Shown: one piece after another, positions 9,951-19,068 of the stretch
Numbering within the stretch: the first letter of the stretch is position 1
Layout: each line of letters opens with the position of its first letter
Source: Candidatus Bathyarchaeia archaeon
Lineage (GTDB): Archaea > Thermoproteota > Bathyarchaeia > Bathyarchaeales > Bathycorpusculaceae
Assembly: GCA_038882975.1 (NCBI GenBank)
Contig: JAVZNE010000004.1
Coordinates: 37,127-101,126, forward strand
DNA: 64,000 nt
Direction: 5' to 3'
Program-made: the position numbers and the translations under genes
The notes under the pieces: generated by a model
Database searches by the model: none
Told to the model about the DNA's origin: nothing
The model's input: the letters and a program-made list of their open reading frames with translations, nothing else

Positions 9951-10628
9951 ATGTCTGTTGACGCATTAATCGTGACAAGGAGCCTAAAAGAAGTTTTACC
10001 TCAAACCATTAAAAGCCTTCAATATTATCCTTTTGAGAATATTATCATTGTCACAGGAGAAAAAGCAGACCTTAAGCGCCAAAAAGACTGGTTTGACCTC
10101 ATCGTTTATGGAGGTAAAGAACCCCTCGGACAGCAGAGGAACATAGGTTTAGACCTTGTTAAGTCAGAATTCGCCTGCATGGTCGACTCGGACATAGTTT
10201 TAACAAAGGGATACATAGAAACCCTGCTAAAACTTTTTGGAGATCCGAAAGTTGCAGTTGCCCGTGGAAGACTTTTTCCACTTCGCCCAGAAAATCTATA
10301 CTCAAACATGAAGTCACGCATAACCGAAGCATTCAACATAATGCATAGACAAGTAGGATGTGACGCCGCACTTTACAGATCCAGCATAGTAAAGAAGGTT
10401 AGGTTTAATCCCAAACTATACACTAGGGAAGACCATGACCTGAACAATAGGCTGAGGAAACTAGGATATAAGGTAATTTTTACAAAGGATGCCTACTGCT
10501 TCCACGACTTCAGAATGTCGATTAAATTAGAAATTGAGCATCACGCCAAGCGGGGAAACATATACGCATTACTATGCTCATGGGCCAGAAACATTTCAAG
10601 ACCTATATTCTTCTTTATGCCTTGGTAG
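9951..10628 (+). CDS. Glycosyltransferase family 2
   Basis: VDSD DxD motif, RN.G motif, ED.DL..RL..LGY. Confidence 0.85.
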   Translation: MSVDALIVTRSLKEVLPQTIKSLQYYPFENIIIVTGEKADLKRQKDWFDLIVYGGKEPLGQQRNIGLDLVKSEFACMVDSDIVLTKGYIETLLKLFGDPKVAVARGRLFPLRPENLYSNMKSRITEAFNIMHRQVGCDAALYRSSIVKKVRFNPKLYTREDHDLNNRLRKLGYKVIFTKDAYCFHDFRMSIKLEIEHHAKRGNIYALLCSWARNISRPIFFFMPW

Positions 10629-10639
10629 ATAACTAAAGT

Positions 10640-11389
10640 TCACTTAGTTTTTCTTTTTAGTTTTTGAGACAAGCTTCTGTATAAGACATAAACCGTGTAA
10701 AAGGCGTAGGCTGCGAAAAATTTTGGAAGCTTTCGGAAACTGCAAAAACGTAGATTTTCAATAAGTATGCGTATACTTCCCTTTACCGTCCAAACCTCTG
10801 GAGGTCTAAAGTGTATGCAGTAAGGGTTGTATGTCGCCACGAGTCTATAGCCTTTCTTCTCTATCCATTCTTTAATGAAGGCGTCTTCAAAAACGTGTAG
10901 ATTTCTTGGGATTTCCACGTCTTCAAGAACGTTGCGGCGCACAAGTAGGTCGTGGGTTCCTCCTCTCATATTGAAAATTTTCCATGTTGTCTTCAAGAAA
11001 AGCTTTAACACTATGGGGTTTTTGATGCCTTCCCAGATTTCTATACCCCAAATCCCTCCAACATCGTCCGCCACCAAGTTTTTGGCTTTTTCAAACCATT
11101 TATCACAAAGGACAACATCACTATCCACAAAGACAAACCATTCAGTTCTAACCTCCCTTATACCCTTCATCCTTGCGCTGCCACGCGTGCTATTATCCAA
11201 CAATAGAACTACATTGCCATATTTCTCCCTGAATTTTTCAACAATTTTTAATGTAGAATCAGTTGAGTAACCATCCACAATTATTAGACGGTTTACTGGG
11301 ATATTTTTGTAGATGGAGTTTAAGCATTTTTCTAAAACTCGTTCGCTATTTTTTGTAAGCACTACAACGTCCACGTTTCCGAAGGGCAC
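10640..11389 (-). CDS. Glycosyltransferase family 2
   Basis: VVLTKNSE, VDGYSTDST, FVDSD, FED. Confidence 0.9.
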   Translation of the reverse strand: MPFGNVDVVVLTKNSERVLEKCLNSIYKNIPVNRLIIVDGYSTDSTLKIVEKFREKYGNVVLLLDNSTRGSARMKGIREVRTEWFVFVDSDVVLCDKWFEKAKNLVADDVGGIWGIEIWEGIKNPIVLKLFLKTTWKIFNMRGGTHDLLVRRNVLEDVEIPRNLHVFEDAFIKEWIEKKGYRLVATYNPYCIHFRPPEVWTVKGSIRILIENLRFCSFRKLPKFFAAYAFYTVYVLYRSLSQKLKRKTK

Positions 11390-11528
11390 CCTGTCACCGT
11401 CGCTTTCACAATCGTGTTATTCGTAATGGTCGTTCGAAGGATTATAAAGATTTGTACATTTTACGTCACATATTTTTATTTGAACAGCTAGTAAACTAAA
11501 TTAAGGCGTGTCTGAACGGTGCTATTGA

Positions 11529-12563
11529 ATGTCTATTAGAAAAGCTTTGAGCATTGTTTCGCGGGTCTTGGCTCCAGATAAGCCCTATCATGTTCAATGG
11601 ATGATTACGAGGAAATGCAATTATCGCTGTAGGGGATGCAACGTTTGGCGAGAGCAAGACAGCAAAGAATTGACAACCGAAGAGATCAAACGCGGGCTGG
11701 ATATTCTTCGAAAACTTGGCGTTGTGGAAGTTTTGATATCAGGCGGCAACCCGCTTTTAAGGGCAGACATCGACGAAATAATTGAGTATGCATCACGCTA
11801 TTTCTTTGTAACAGTCTATGATAACGGCAGCTTTGCAGCCAAAAAAATCGACGCTTTACGCCGTGCAAACTTTGTTGCAATTTCAATAGACAGCCTAAAC
11901 CCAGAAAGAAATGATTACATAAGGGGCGTCAAAGGAGCATGGGAAAAAGCCATGGAGACTGTTGAAAAACTTCACATGGAAGGAATTAACGTAAGCGTAA
12001 CGCCAACGATTTCGCAAGCCAACCTTTACGAGATTGTCGATTTCACCAAATATTTCTTGGACAGAGGAATACCTGTCTGGTATTCTTTATACTCTTATGA
12101 CTCGCCAAACCATTCAAACTCGCTTTTTAAAATAGGTAAAGCGGAAGACGCCTTCTTAATAAGGGATAAAGAAGCCATGGTTAAGGTTTGCGACGCACTT
12201 CTCGAAATGAAACAAAAGAACGACAATGTTTTAATTACAACAAAGGTTTTGGAAGCTGTTAAACACCTTTATTTAAACAACAAGAGAATTTGGAAGTGCC
12301 GCGCACTGCAGAATTTCTTTGTTATAAATCACCGAGGCGAAGTCGCCGGCTGCCACCTTCACGAACCAGTTGCCTCAATTTTTGAGCTGCCAAACCTTTG
12401 GGAAAGTGAAAGATTTGAAGCCTTTAGGAAGAAGTACAGAGATTGCGAAAGATGTGCATATCTTTGTTACATTTTTTACTCGATTCACGGAAGTGTTGCT
12501 GGCAACATTGAAATAGTTAAGGATAAGTGGCGCAGTGTAAGATTCTTCTTAAAGAGACGCTAA
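11529..12563 (+). CDS. Radical SAM protein with C-terminal SPASM/twitch-like cysteines
   Basis: CNYRCRGC (CxxxCxxC), SGGNP, SIDS; C-terminal C..GC..CxxCxxxC. Confidence 0.9.
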   Translation: MSIRKALSIVSRVLAPDKPYHVQWMITRKCNYRCRGCNVWREQDSKELTTEEIKRGLDILRKLGVVEVLISGGNPLLRADIDEIIEYASRYFFVTVYDNGSFAAKKIDALRRANFVAISIDSLNPERNDYIRGVKGAWEKAMETVEKLHMEGINVSVTPTISQANLYEIVDFTKYFLDRGIPVWYSLYSYDSPNHSNSLFKIGKAEDAFLIRDKEAMVKVCDALLEMKQKNDNVLITTKVLEAVKHLYLNNKRIWKCRALQNFFVINHRGEVAGCHLHEPVASIFELPNLWESERFEAFRKKYRDCERCAYLCYIFYSIHGSVAGNIEIVKDKWRSVRFFLKRR

Positions 12564-13540
12564 CGAGCGGCATTTAATATTTCTGAAACAGCCCTTTCAA
12601 CTGCCTGGCGACTGTTCAGTTTTGGCTTCCATCCCAAGCTTTTGAGCCTATCGATTTTTAAGAGCATGACTTTTACGTCGCCCTTCCAGCCTCTTCCTCC
12701 ATCGACCCCTCCGGTAAAAACGTATTGCACATCTCTCAGTCCCATCTTTGTGCAAACAATATCTGCGATTTCCTTCACAATTATTTGGTCTTCAGAGCCA
12801 ACATTGAATATGTTTACCCTTTCATTTCCTGCGTTTAAGCCTGTTAGGATGGCATCTATACAGTCCTCAACATACAGGTAGGATTTGGTTTGAGTGCCAT
12901 CACCAAGTATCTCTAGCCTATTCGGATTTTCCCTGAGCTTTTTAATGAAATCGTATATGACTCCATGCTGCGACCTCAAACCTACAATGTTTGCCAGTCT
13001 ATAGATTATGGCTTTGAAGCCGCATGTGTTGGCGTAGGCTGATATGAGGGCTTCAGCAGCCAGCTTTGAGGCACCGTAAGTTGAGATAGGTTTTAGTGGA
13101 GCGTAATCCTCTGGGGTGGGTATTAATTCTGCATCTCCGTAAACGGTTGAGGAAGAAGTGAAAACCAAGATCTTGACCCGCCCAACTTTGCGAATCGCCT
13201 CAAGCAGGTTAAATGTTGCAAGCACATTTTGCTCATAATGAATCTTGGGGTCTTCGGAGCCAACACGAACTTCTGGGTTGGCAGCAAAATGAAAAATAAT
13301 GTCACATCCCTCTATGGATCTAACAATCTCTTTGGGAGATAGCAGGTCGCCATGTATAAATTTAAAATTAGGTGCGTTTAGCCATTCCTTTACATTTTCA
13401 ATTGTACCGGAGCTTAAGTTGTCAAATACAACAACTTTCAGGCCCATCTCGCACAGCTTATCAACTAAGTGGCTCCCTATGAAGCCAGCGCCTCCTGTTA
13501 TAAAAACTCTTTCTAAGTTTAGGCTTGGAAACATTTTCAT
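12560..13540 (-). CDS. NAD-dependent NDP-sugar epimerase/dehydratase (GalE-like)
   Basis: GGAGFIGSH, SSSTVYG, YGASK. Confidence 0.92.
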   Translation of the reverse strand: MKMFPSLNLERVFITGGAGFIGSHLVDKLCEMGLKVVVFDNLSSGTIENVKEWLNAPNFKFIHGDLLSPKEIVRSIEGCDIIFHFAANPEVRVGSEDPKIHYEQNVLATFNLLEAIRKVGRVKILVFTSSSTVYGDAELIPTPEDYAPLKPISTYGASKLAAEALISAYANTCGFKAIIYRLANIVGLRSQHGVIYDFIKKLRENPNRLEILGDGTQTKSYLYVEDCIDAILTGLNAGNERVNIFNVGSEDQIIVKEIADIVCTKMGLRDVQYVFTGGVDGGRGWKGDVKVMLLKIDRLKSLGWKPKLNSRQAVERAVSEILNAAR

Positions 13541-13586
13541 CCTTCAGCGGATTTCATATTTCAAAAAGGCTCTCGGCGTATTTATT

Positions 13587-14612
13587 TTATTGCTTCCCCC
13601 TTTTTCTTGCCAATGCCAACCATAAATGATCGCATTCTGGGCGCGGAAGACTTGTTAGGCGATTATCTCTGTGAACCATTAGACGCTTTCTCGGGTTGCT
13701 TAAAAACTCGCCAATAACAGAAGCCTCAATCTTCTCCATTTTCAATTTCTCAATGACAAGTTCTGTGCATTCCGGCTTTGCCGCAATAAGCATAGCTCCA
13801 GAACTTATCAGCTGTAACGGATCTATTACCAGAAGTCTGCAGATTTCCGCCGTTTCTTCCGCCACCGGAACTTCTTCTTCAAAAACTTTAACGCCGAGGT
13901 TTGAGGCATCTGCCATTTCATGGATGCCTCCGAGGACACCGCCTTCCGTTGGGTCGTGCATTGCTTCTACTCCACCTGTTTTAAAGGCTGTAATACCATC
14001 TTTAACAACGCTTATTCTCTCAAAAAACTTCTGTGCAGACTTTAACAGCTTATCATCGGCACCCATATTTAGAAGCAGATTATAACGTTCAGTTGCAAGT
14101 ATGGCTGTTCCTTCTATGCCAGCACTCTTTGTTAAAATGAGTTTGTCTCCCGGCTTGGCTCCACCAGCTGTGACGTAACACCCCTTATCTGTTATTCCTA
14201 GGGCGCATCCTATAACAACTGGATTGGCAAGTCCAGGCGTTACCTCGCAGTGCCCACCAGTAATTGCCATTTTCAAATCTTTTGCAGCGGCATCCATCTG
14301 AGAACAGATAACCTCTATGATTTTTCGATCAGCATTTTCTGGAAGGAGTATGCATGAAAGGAAAAACGCTGGTTCCACACCGAAAGTGGCAACATCATTC
14401 GCATTGATGTTCACCGCAAGCCAGCCAATACGCTCAACAGCTCCAGTAATGGGATCCATCGAAGCTACTAGGGATCTCTTGCCCAAATCTATGACTGCGC
14501 CGTCAAAACCAACTGAAGGCCCGAGGACAACTTCCGTCCGTTTAAATCCCAAATTTTTAAAGACAACCTCTGTAAGTATTTCGACAGGGATCTTTCCCAT
14601 GGGCAACTTCAT
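13587..14612 (-). CDS. AIR-synthase (PurM/HypE/ThiL) superfamily ATP-dependent protein, unknown substrate
   Basis: DPIT, NANDVATFG, GGHCEVT, MHDPTEGG; lacks the HypE C-terminal PRIC. Confidence 0.85.
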   Translation of the reverse strand: MKLPMGKIPVEILTEVVFKNLGFKRTEVVLGPSVGFDGAVIDLGKRSLVASMDPITGAVERIGWLAVNINANDVATFGVEPAFFLSCILLPENADRKIIEVICSQMDAAAKDLKMAITGGHCEVTPGLANPVVIGCALGITDKGCYVTAGGAKPGDKLILTKSAGIEGTAILATERYNLLLNMGADDKLLKSAQKFFERISVVKDGITAFKTGGVEAMHDPTEGGVLGGIHEMADASNLGVKVFEEEVPVAEETAEICRLLVIDPLQLISSGAMLIAAKPECTELVIEKLKMEKIEASVIGEFLSNPRKRLMVHRDNRLTSLPRPECDHLWLALARKRGKQ

Positions 14613-14635
14613 TTTTAGCCCTTTTCAAAGTTCCT

Positions 14636-15355
14636 TTAGATTTTAAATATCCTTTGTGCATTTTGCTCTAAGACCATATCAAGCTGCTTTTTTGTTAAAC
14701 CAGCAACTTCAACTTTTTTAATTTCAAAGGCAGGGTGGCCGAAAGGCATATCAGACCCGTAAATAACTCTGTTCTCACCGATTTTTAAAACAGCCTCCTT
14801 TATTTTGCTATGCATAGGCATCGCAGATGTTTCTAGTATTATGTTTTCATGTTTTTGTGCAACTTCTATGGCTCCGTTAATGTAAACTATATGCCCGTGG
14901 CCCATGTGGCCCAAAATAATTGAGACATCTGGGTACACGTCAGCTAAGTTTCCGAAGTGCCACGGCAAAGACCATGGTGGATGACCGCAATGAAAAAGAA
15001 CTGGCACCTTATATTTACGAGCTTGATCCATTATAGGGTAAATGATGTCTTGATCCGGCAAGTACGCGTTAAGTAAGGGGTGCATCTTTATTCCTCTGAA
15101 ACCCCATTTGTTAATTGCTTTGTCTACTAGTTTCACAGCATCTTCGCCGTCGTGGGGGTTGACCCAGACAAGGCCCACAAGTTTCTCTGGATATAACTTA
15201 ATTGCGTTTTGGGTCAATTGATTTGGTAAGGAAAAGACTATACACTTTTTTATGTTGCATTCATCCATAATACGCAGCATTCCTTCAACGTCTAATTCAA
15301 CGTTGAAAACGGGAAATTTGCCAAGATGAGTGTGGGAGTCTATAACCATCATCAA
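14636..15355 (-). CDS. Amidohydrolase family (TIM-barrel metallohydrolase)
   Basis: IDSHTH, KMHP, FHCG, GHMG, YGSDMP. Confidence 0.9.
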   Translation of the reverse strand: MMMVIDSHTHLGKFPVFNVELDVEGMLRIMDECNIKKCIVFSLPNQLTQNAIKLYPEKLVGLVWVNPHDGEDAVKLVDKAINKWGFRGIKMHPLLNAYLPDQDIIYPIMDQARKYKVPVLFHCGHPPWSLPWHFGNLADVYPDVSIILGHMGHGHIVYINGAIEVAQKHENIILETSAMPMHSKIKEAVLKIGENRVIYGSDMPFGHPAFEIKKVEVAGLTKKQLDMVLEQNAQRIFKI

Positions 15356-15390
15356 TCCTCCACATTTAACTCGGTTTTAGGCCACTAATT

Positions 15391-15930
15391 TTATAGCAAG
15401 TATTCTATTTTTAGTGATCGCCTTAATATTAACAAAATCGGCACCGTCACGATAATGTCTATAGCGCTTAGAGGGAAAAATGTGATTAAGTCTAAATACG
15501 CTACAGGACCAAACAAAAAGAAATCATAAAGAAAATAACCTACGTTTTTCTCGATTGCGGCGAAAACCATTGCTAGAAGTTCGGAACGTCTCGGTTGTGT
15601 TGGAAATAAGCGCCTTAAACTGCCCAGCAGAAAACCCATGAAACCGCGAATAACTATTGTTGCCGGAGCCCACTGTATAAAACTACTACCCCACAGGGGA
15701 TTCCAAACATCAAAGAGCATGGCACCAACACCACATGCGAATAATCCTACAAGAGGCCCACAGAGAATGGCCGCTATAAAAGATGCGATGTCTCCCAGAT
15801 GCCAAACCCCTAAAGGTTTTGGCATAGGAACAGATATGGCTGTCATGGCGTAAACAAGTGCTGTCATGACACCCATAGTTGCTATACCTTTTGAAGGTGA
15901 CACGTTTACACGGAATACTCTCGCGTTCAC
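15391..15930 (-). CDS. ECF transporter substrate-specific (S) component
   Basis: About 6 TM, 179 aa; HLGD..FIAAIL.GP..G....GVG..L.D pattern of HmpT/PdxU-like S components. Confidence 0.8.
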   Translation of the reverse strand: MNARVFRVNVSPSKGIATMGVMTALVYAMTAISVPMPKPLGVWHLGDIASFIAAILCGPLVGLFACGVGAMLFDVWNPLWGSSFIQWAPATIVIRGFMGFLLGSLRRLFPTQPRRSELLAMVFAAIEKNVGYFLYDFFLFGPVAYLDLITFFPLSAIDIIVTVPILLILRRSLKIEYLL

Positions 15931-15959
15931 GTTTTATCCCACATGCGTTGGGAAATTTA

Positions 15960-15998
15960 GTTAAGATATAACTTTACTATATAAAGATTTAGCTTAAC
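15960..15998. promoter_or_regulatory. Imperfect 17-5-17 inverted repeat overlapping the TATA box of the ECF S-component operon (candidate operator)
   Basis: gttaagatataacttta-ctata-taaagatttagcttaac, 14/17 arm positions complementary; minus strand TTTATATA at its centre. Confidence 0.5.
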
Positions 15999-16023
15999 CA
16001 AAAAATGAAAGTTATGAAGATTA

Positions 16024-17427
16024 TTACAACAGAAGTTTTAAGTCATCCAGTGCAGTCAAAACTTTTCTCCCACGCCTCGTTATTTTGTAGTGTTTCCTAC
16101 CGTTTTTTATGCAGCTTACCACCAATCCTCTTCGGGACAGTTCATTTAGGTGTTGGTATATGGCGGCTCTTGTCATTGTTTTTCCGAGTTTTTTCCATAA
16201 ATCGTAGCCATAGGTGTCCCTTTCACTTAAGATCCTAAGTATTTTCGCTTTTGTACTTACTTCCAATCCAATAACTGCTGTTTTCTTTTTCTTTGTTAAA
16301 GCTTGAAGGATGTCTGTTGCTTTTAGACCGCTTCCAGTTATTAAGCATACAACCTTGTCTTTTTTGTCGATAACCCGCTCGTTCATAAGTTTCTTGAACG
16401 CCGCATACGTTGCTGCGCTTGCTGGTTCGGCGAAGATGCCTTCATGTTTTGCGATTTCTTGTTCTGCTGAGAAGATTTCTTCATCTGAAACCGCTATGGC
16501 GGTTCCTTTAGATTCTTTGATGGCTTTAAGGGCCAGTTTGCCATACCATGGTTTTTTAACGAGGATGGCGAGCGCGTGAGTCGAAGGTTTTGTTTTGAGG
16601 GCTGGCTCTTGAATGTTTTGCAGGTATGCGTTTACAATTGGTGAGCATCCTTCTGCTTGAACGCCGACCATCCTTGGAATGGATTTTATTTCGCCTCTTA
16701 TTTCAAGCTCTTTATAGCCTTTCCAGACGGCATATAGTGTTCCGCCGCTTCCCATGGAGGCTATAAACCAGTCTGGAACGCCTATTTGCTCGTAAACTTC
16801 GTAAGCTATGGTTTTTAGGGCTTCCATAGATAGCGGGTTAAATTCGGCGGATCCTTGATACCAGCCCATTTCTTTGGCTAGTTTGTCTGCCCTTTTCAGC
16901 GAGTCGTCTACTATTTCCCCATATTCCTCGATTACAGCGTCGTAGATGAGCATTTGGGCAAGTTTTCCCATATCCACGTTTTTCGGCACTACAACATGGC
17001 ATGTTAATCCAGACTTTGCACAGTATGCAGCCAAAGAAGCCCCAAGATTTCCATTTGTGGCACAGACAACTGACCCATACCCTAAATCTACGGCGTTGGA
17101 AATAATTAAGGCTGCACACCTATCCCTAAAGGAATTTGTTGGGTTTCGCGTCTCATCCTTAAAATGTAGATTGCTTAGCCCAACGTTTTTGGCAAGCCTT
17201 CTCGCCTTAATGAGTGGGGTTCCCCCCTCTCCCATGGAAATAACATTTCTAACTTTTGGCAGAAGTTTCTTGTAACGCCAAAAAGTGAAGGCGCCGACAA
17301 ATCTCGCTTTTTTGAGCGTTTCATCATCGCACTTGCACTCTAGTGGACTGCCACATTCCTTACAAATATGCTGTGGAGGATAAACCTCAAATTTTGCACC
17401 GCAAACCGTACACACCAGATAAAACAT
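16024..17427 (-). CDS. Threonine-synthase-like PLP-fold protein fused to C-terminal winged helix (PadR/ArsR-like); Schiff-base Lys replaced by Arg
   Basis: Zn ribbon CxxC..CxxC, GEGGTPL, NPTNSFRDR (canonical SFKDR), EPASA, TGSGLK, then YGYDLWKKL..AAIYQHLNELSRRGLV..GRKHYKITRRG. Confidence 0.85.
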   Translation of the reverse strand: MFYLVCTVCGAKFEVYPPQHICKECGSPLECKCDDETLKKARFVGAFTFWRYKKLLPKVRNVISMGEGGTPLIKARRLAKNVGLSNLHFKDETRNPTNSFRDRCAALIISNAVDLGYGSVVCATNGNLGASLAAYCAKSGLTCHVVVPKNVDMGKLAQMLIYDAVIEEYGEIVDDSLKRADKLAKEMGWYQGSAEFNPLSMEALKTIAYEVYEQIGVPDWFIASMGSGGTLYAVWKGYKELEIRGEIKSIPRMVGVQAEGCSPIVNAYLQNIQEPALKTKPSTHALAILVKKPWYGKLALKAIKESKGTAIAVSDEEIFSAEQEIAKHEGIFAEPASAATYAAFKKLMNERVIDKKDKVVCLITGSGLKATDILQALTKKKKTAVIGLEVSTKAKILRILSERDTYGYDLWKKLGKTMTRAAIYQHLNELSRRGLVVSCIKNGRKHYKITRRGRKVLTALDDLKLLL

Positions 17428-17500
17428 TATGCAACCTCGTCTCATTTTTCTAACAGTTAGATTTAGCGATCATGTCTATGAGGCTTTCTAAATTTTAGAT

Positions 17501-17749
17501 TTAGGGCTCTAAACCTGGAAGGATGGCAATTATTTCTGCAACTCGCCTCACAATTGCCCAGTCAAATTTAACATCGCTTTCTATATTAACTAATAGACCA
17601 ATTACGTGCTCTTCATTTTCCAATTTTCTTGGACCCGCATCCTTTGGCTTTTTCAGCTCCATAATTGCTGGCAAAAGCATAATGATGATGAAGGTTATAA
17701 CTCCAAAAAACAAAATTACAGCCGACGTTAAAGCCGAATTCTGTACCAT
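17501..17749 (-). CDS. Small single-TM hypothetical protein
   Basis: N-terminal TM followed by ELKKPKDAGP; co-oriented with the GT2. Confidence 0.65.
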   Translation of the reverse strand: MVQNSALTSAVILFFGVITFIIIMLLPAIMELKKPKDAGPRKLENEEHVIGLLVNIESDVKFDWAIVRRVAEIIAILPGLEP

Positions 17750-17760
17750 TCTCTACCTTT

Positions 17761-19068
17761 CTAAAGTTTTGATACGTTCATAATATAACAGTTTCCATTG
17801 CCCGAATGCTCAGTTTTCACCCAGTAGTTGTTGTTTTTCCTTGTAATCTTTGAAATGAGAATGTCGATGAGGGCTTTTGTGCATATGGGAATGTTGTATA
17901 AAAGAATGAAGAAGAGTAGAGGAATAAGCCACTGTGCCCTCTTTCTGCCGTCGAGATAAGCCCCAACGCCAATTTCATAAAATGGGGCAAAGTTTCCAAC
18001 TGAACTGTAAAGGGCGATGGAGGATGTTGTCCAGAAGGAGGCGGTCCATTGTGAAAATTTCAGAAAGGTTAACGCCACTCCAATTAATAAAGAAAAAAGG
18101 ACGACTACGGGGAGAAAATAGACGCTGAGTAGGAGTAATCCGTCAATTTTCTCCTTAGGCCCAATTTTTTTGCTTTTTAGAACTTTTAGCCAATGTTTGA
18201 AGGCGCATTGCATATGCCCTTTAGCCCATCTGTATCGCTGCTTCCAGTAGGCTCGCCAATTTTCAACAGCCTCCTCATAGCACTCCGCGTCACCAGCATA
18301 CTTAACCTTGTAACCAGCGAGATAAACGCGGAAAGTTAAATCTGTGTCCTCTGCCAGAATGTTTTCATCCCATCCGCCGAGGGATTCTAAAAGTGTGCGC
18401 CTAAATCCTCCAACAGTTCCTCCGAACTGTGTTATTAAGCCGAGGCTGTCGCGGGCTTCTTGGTCAACACGGTATCCGCCTATCCTCTCAAGGGCAACAA
18501 GCCTTGTGACAATGTTCTGCGGCTCGTTCAACACAACAACTCTGCCCTGAACGGCTCCAACTTTCGGGTCATCAAACTCTTTCACAAGTTTCTCTACAAT
18601 GTCTCTTTGCGGGTAATAGTCAGCATCAAAGCATAGGACTATTTCGCCGTCAGCTGACTTCATTCCAGCGTTTAGAGCGGCAGCCTTCCCACGTCCACCC
18701 TCCTCTTTACTTCTCTCCACAACAATTATGTAAGGGTGCAGCTTCGAATACTTTTCCGCTATGATTCCTGTCTTATCTGTTGAAGCATCATTTATCACTA
18801 TTACTTGCAACTTATCCTTTGGGTATGTCAGCTCTGTCATTCTTTGAAGAATCCTTCCAATGACGCGTTCTTCGTTGCGGGCAGGTATTAGAATTGAAAC
18901 TTTTGGCTTGTAAGTCGTTTCCGCACTTATGGCTCTAGAACTTCCATTTTTCTTTGGTCTCTTAGCAACAGTTATAGTGAAAATGTAGTGGCGAACAAGG
19001 TATGCCGCCATTAAAGCCGTCGATAAAATGAGCAAAGCTTCCAAAATTTCTATTACCAAGCTTTCCAC
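17761..19068 (-). CDS. Processive GT2 (cellulose/PNAG synthase-like)
   Basis: D, DAD, ED and QRYRW motifs; GKAAALN; flanking TM helices. Confidence 0.92.
   Translation of the reverse strand: MESLVIEILEALLILSTALMAAYLVRHYIFTITVAKRPKKNGSSRAISAETTYKPKVSILIPARNEERVIGRILQRMTELTYPKDKLQVIVINDASTDKTGIIAEKYSKLHPYIIVVERSKEEGGRGKAAALNAGMKSADGEIVLCFDADYYPQRDIVEKLVKEFDDPKVGAVQGRVVVLNEPQNIVTRLVALERIGGYRVDQEARDSLGLITQFGGTVGGFRRTLLESLGGWDENILAEDTDLTFRVYLAGYKVKYAGDAECYEEAVENWRAYWKQRYRWAKGHMQCAFKHWLKVLKSKKIGPKEKIDGLLLLSVYFLPVVVLFSLLIGVALTFLKFSQWTASFWTTSSIALYSSVGNFAPFYEIGVGAYLDGRKRAQWLIPLLFFILLYNIPICTKALIDILISKITRKNNNYWVKTEHSGNGNCYIMNVSKL

Noticed and set aside
13587-14612. Second hypE or purM
   Set aside because: Lacks the essential C-terminal PRIC of HypE and PurM-specific motifs; true hypE and purM are present elsewhere in the window
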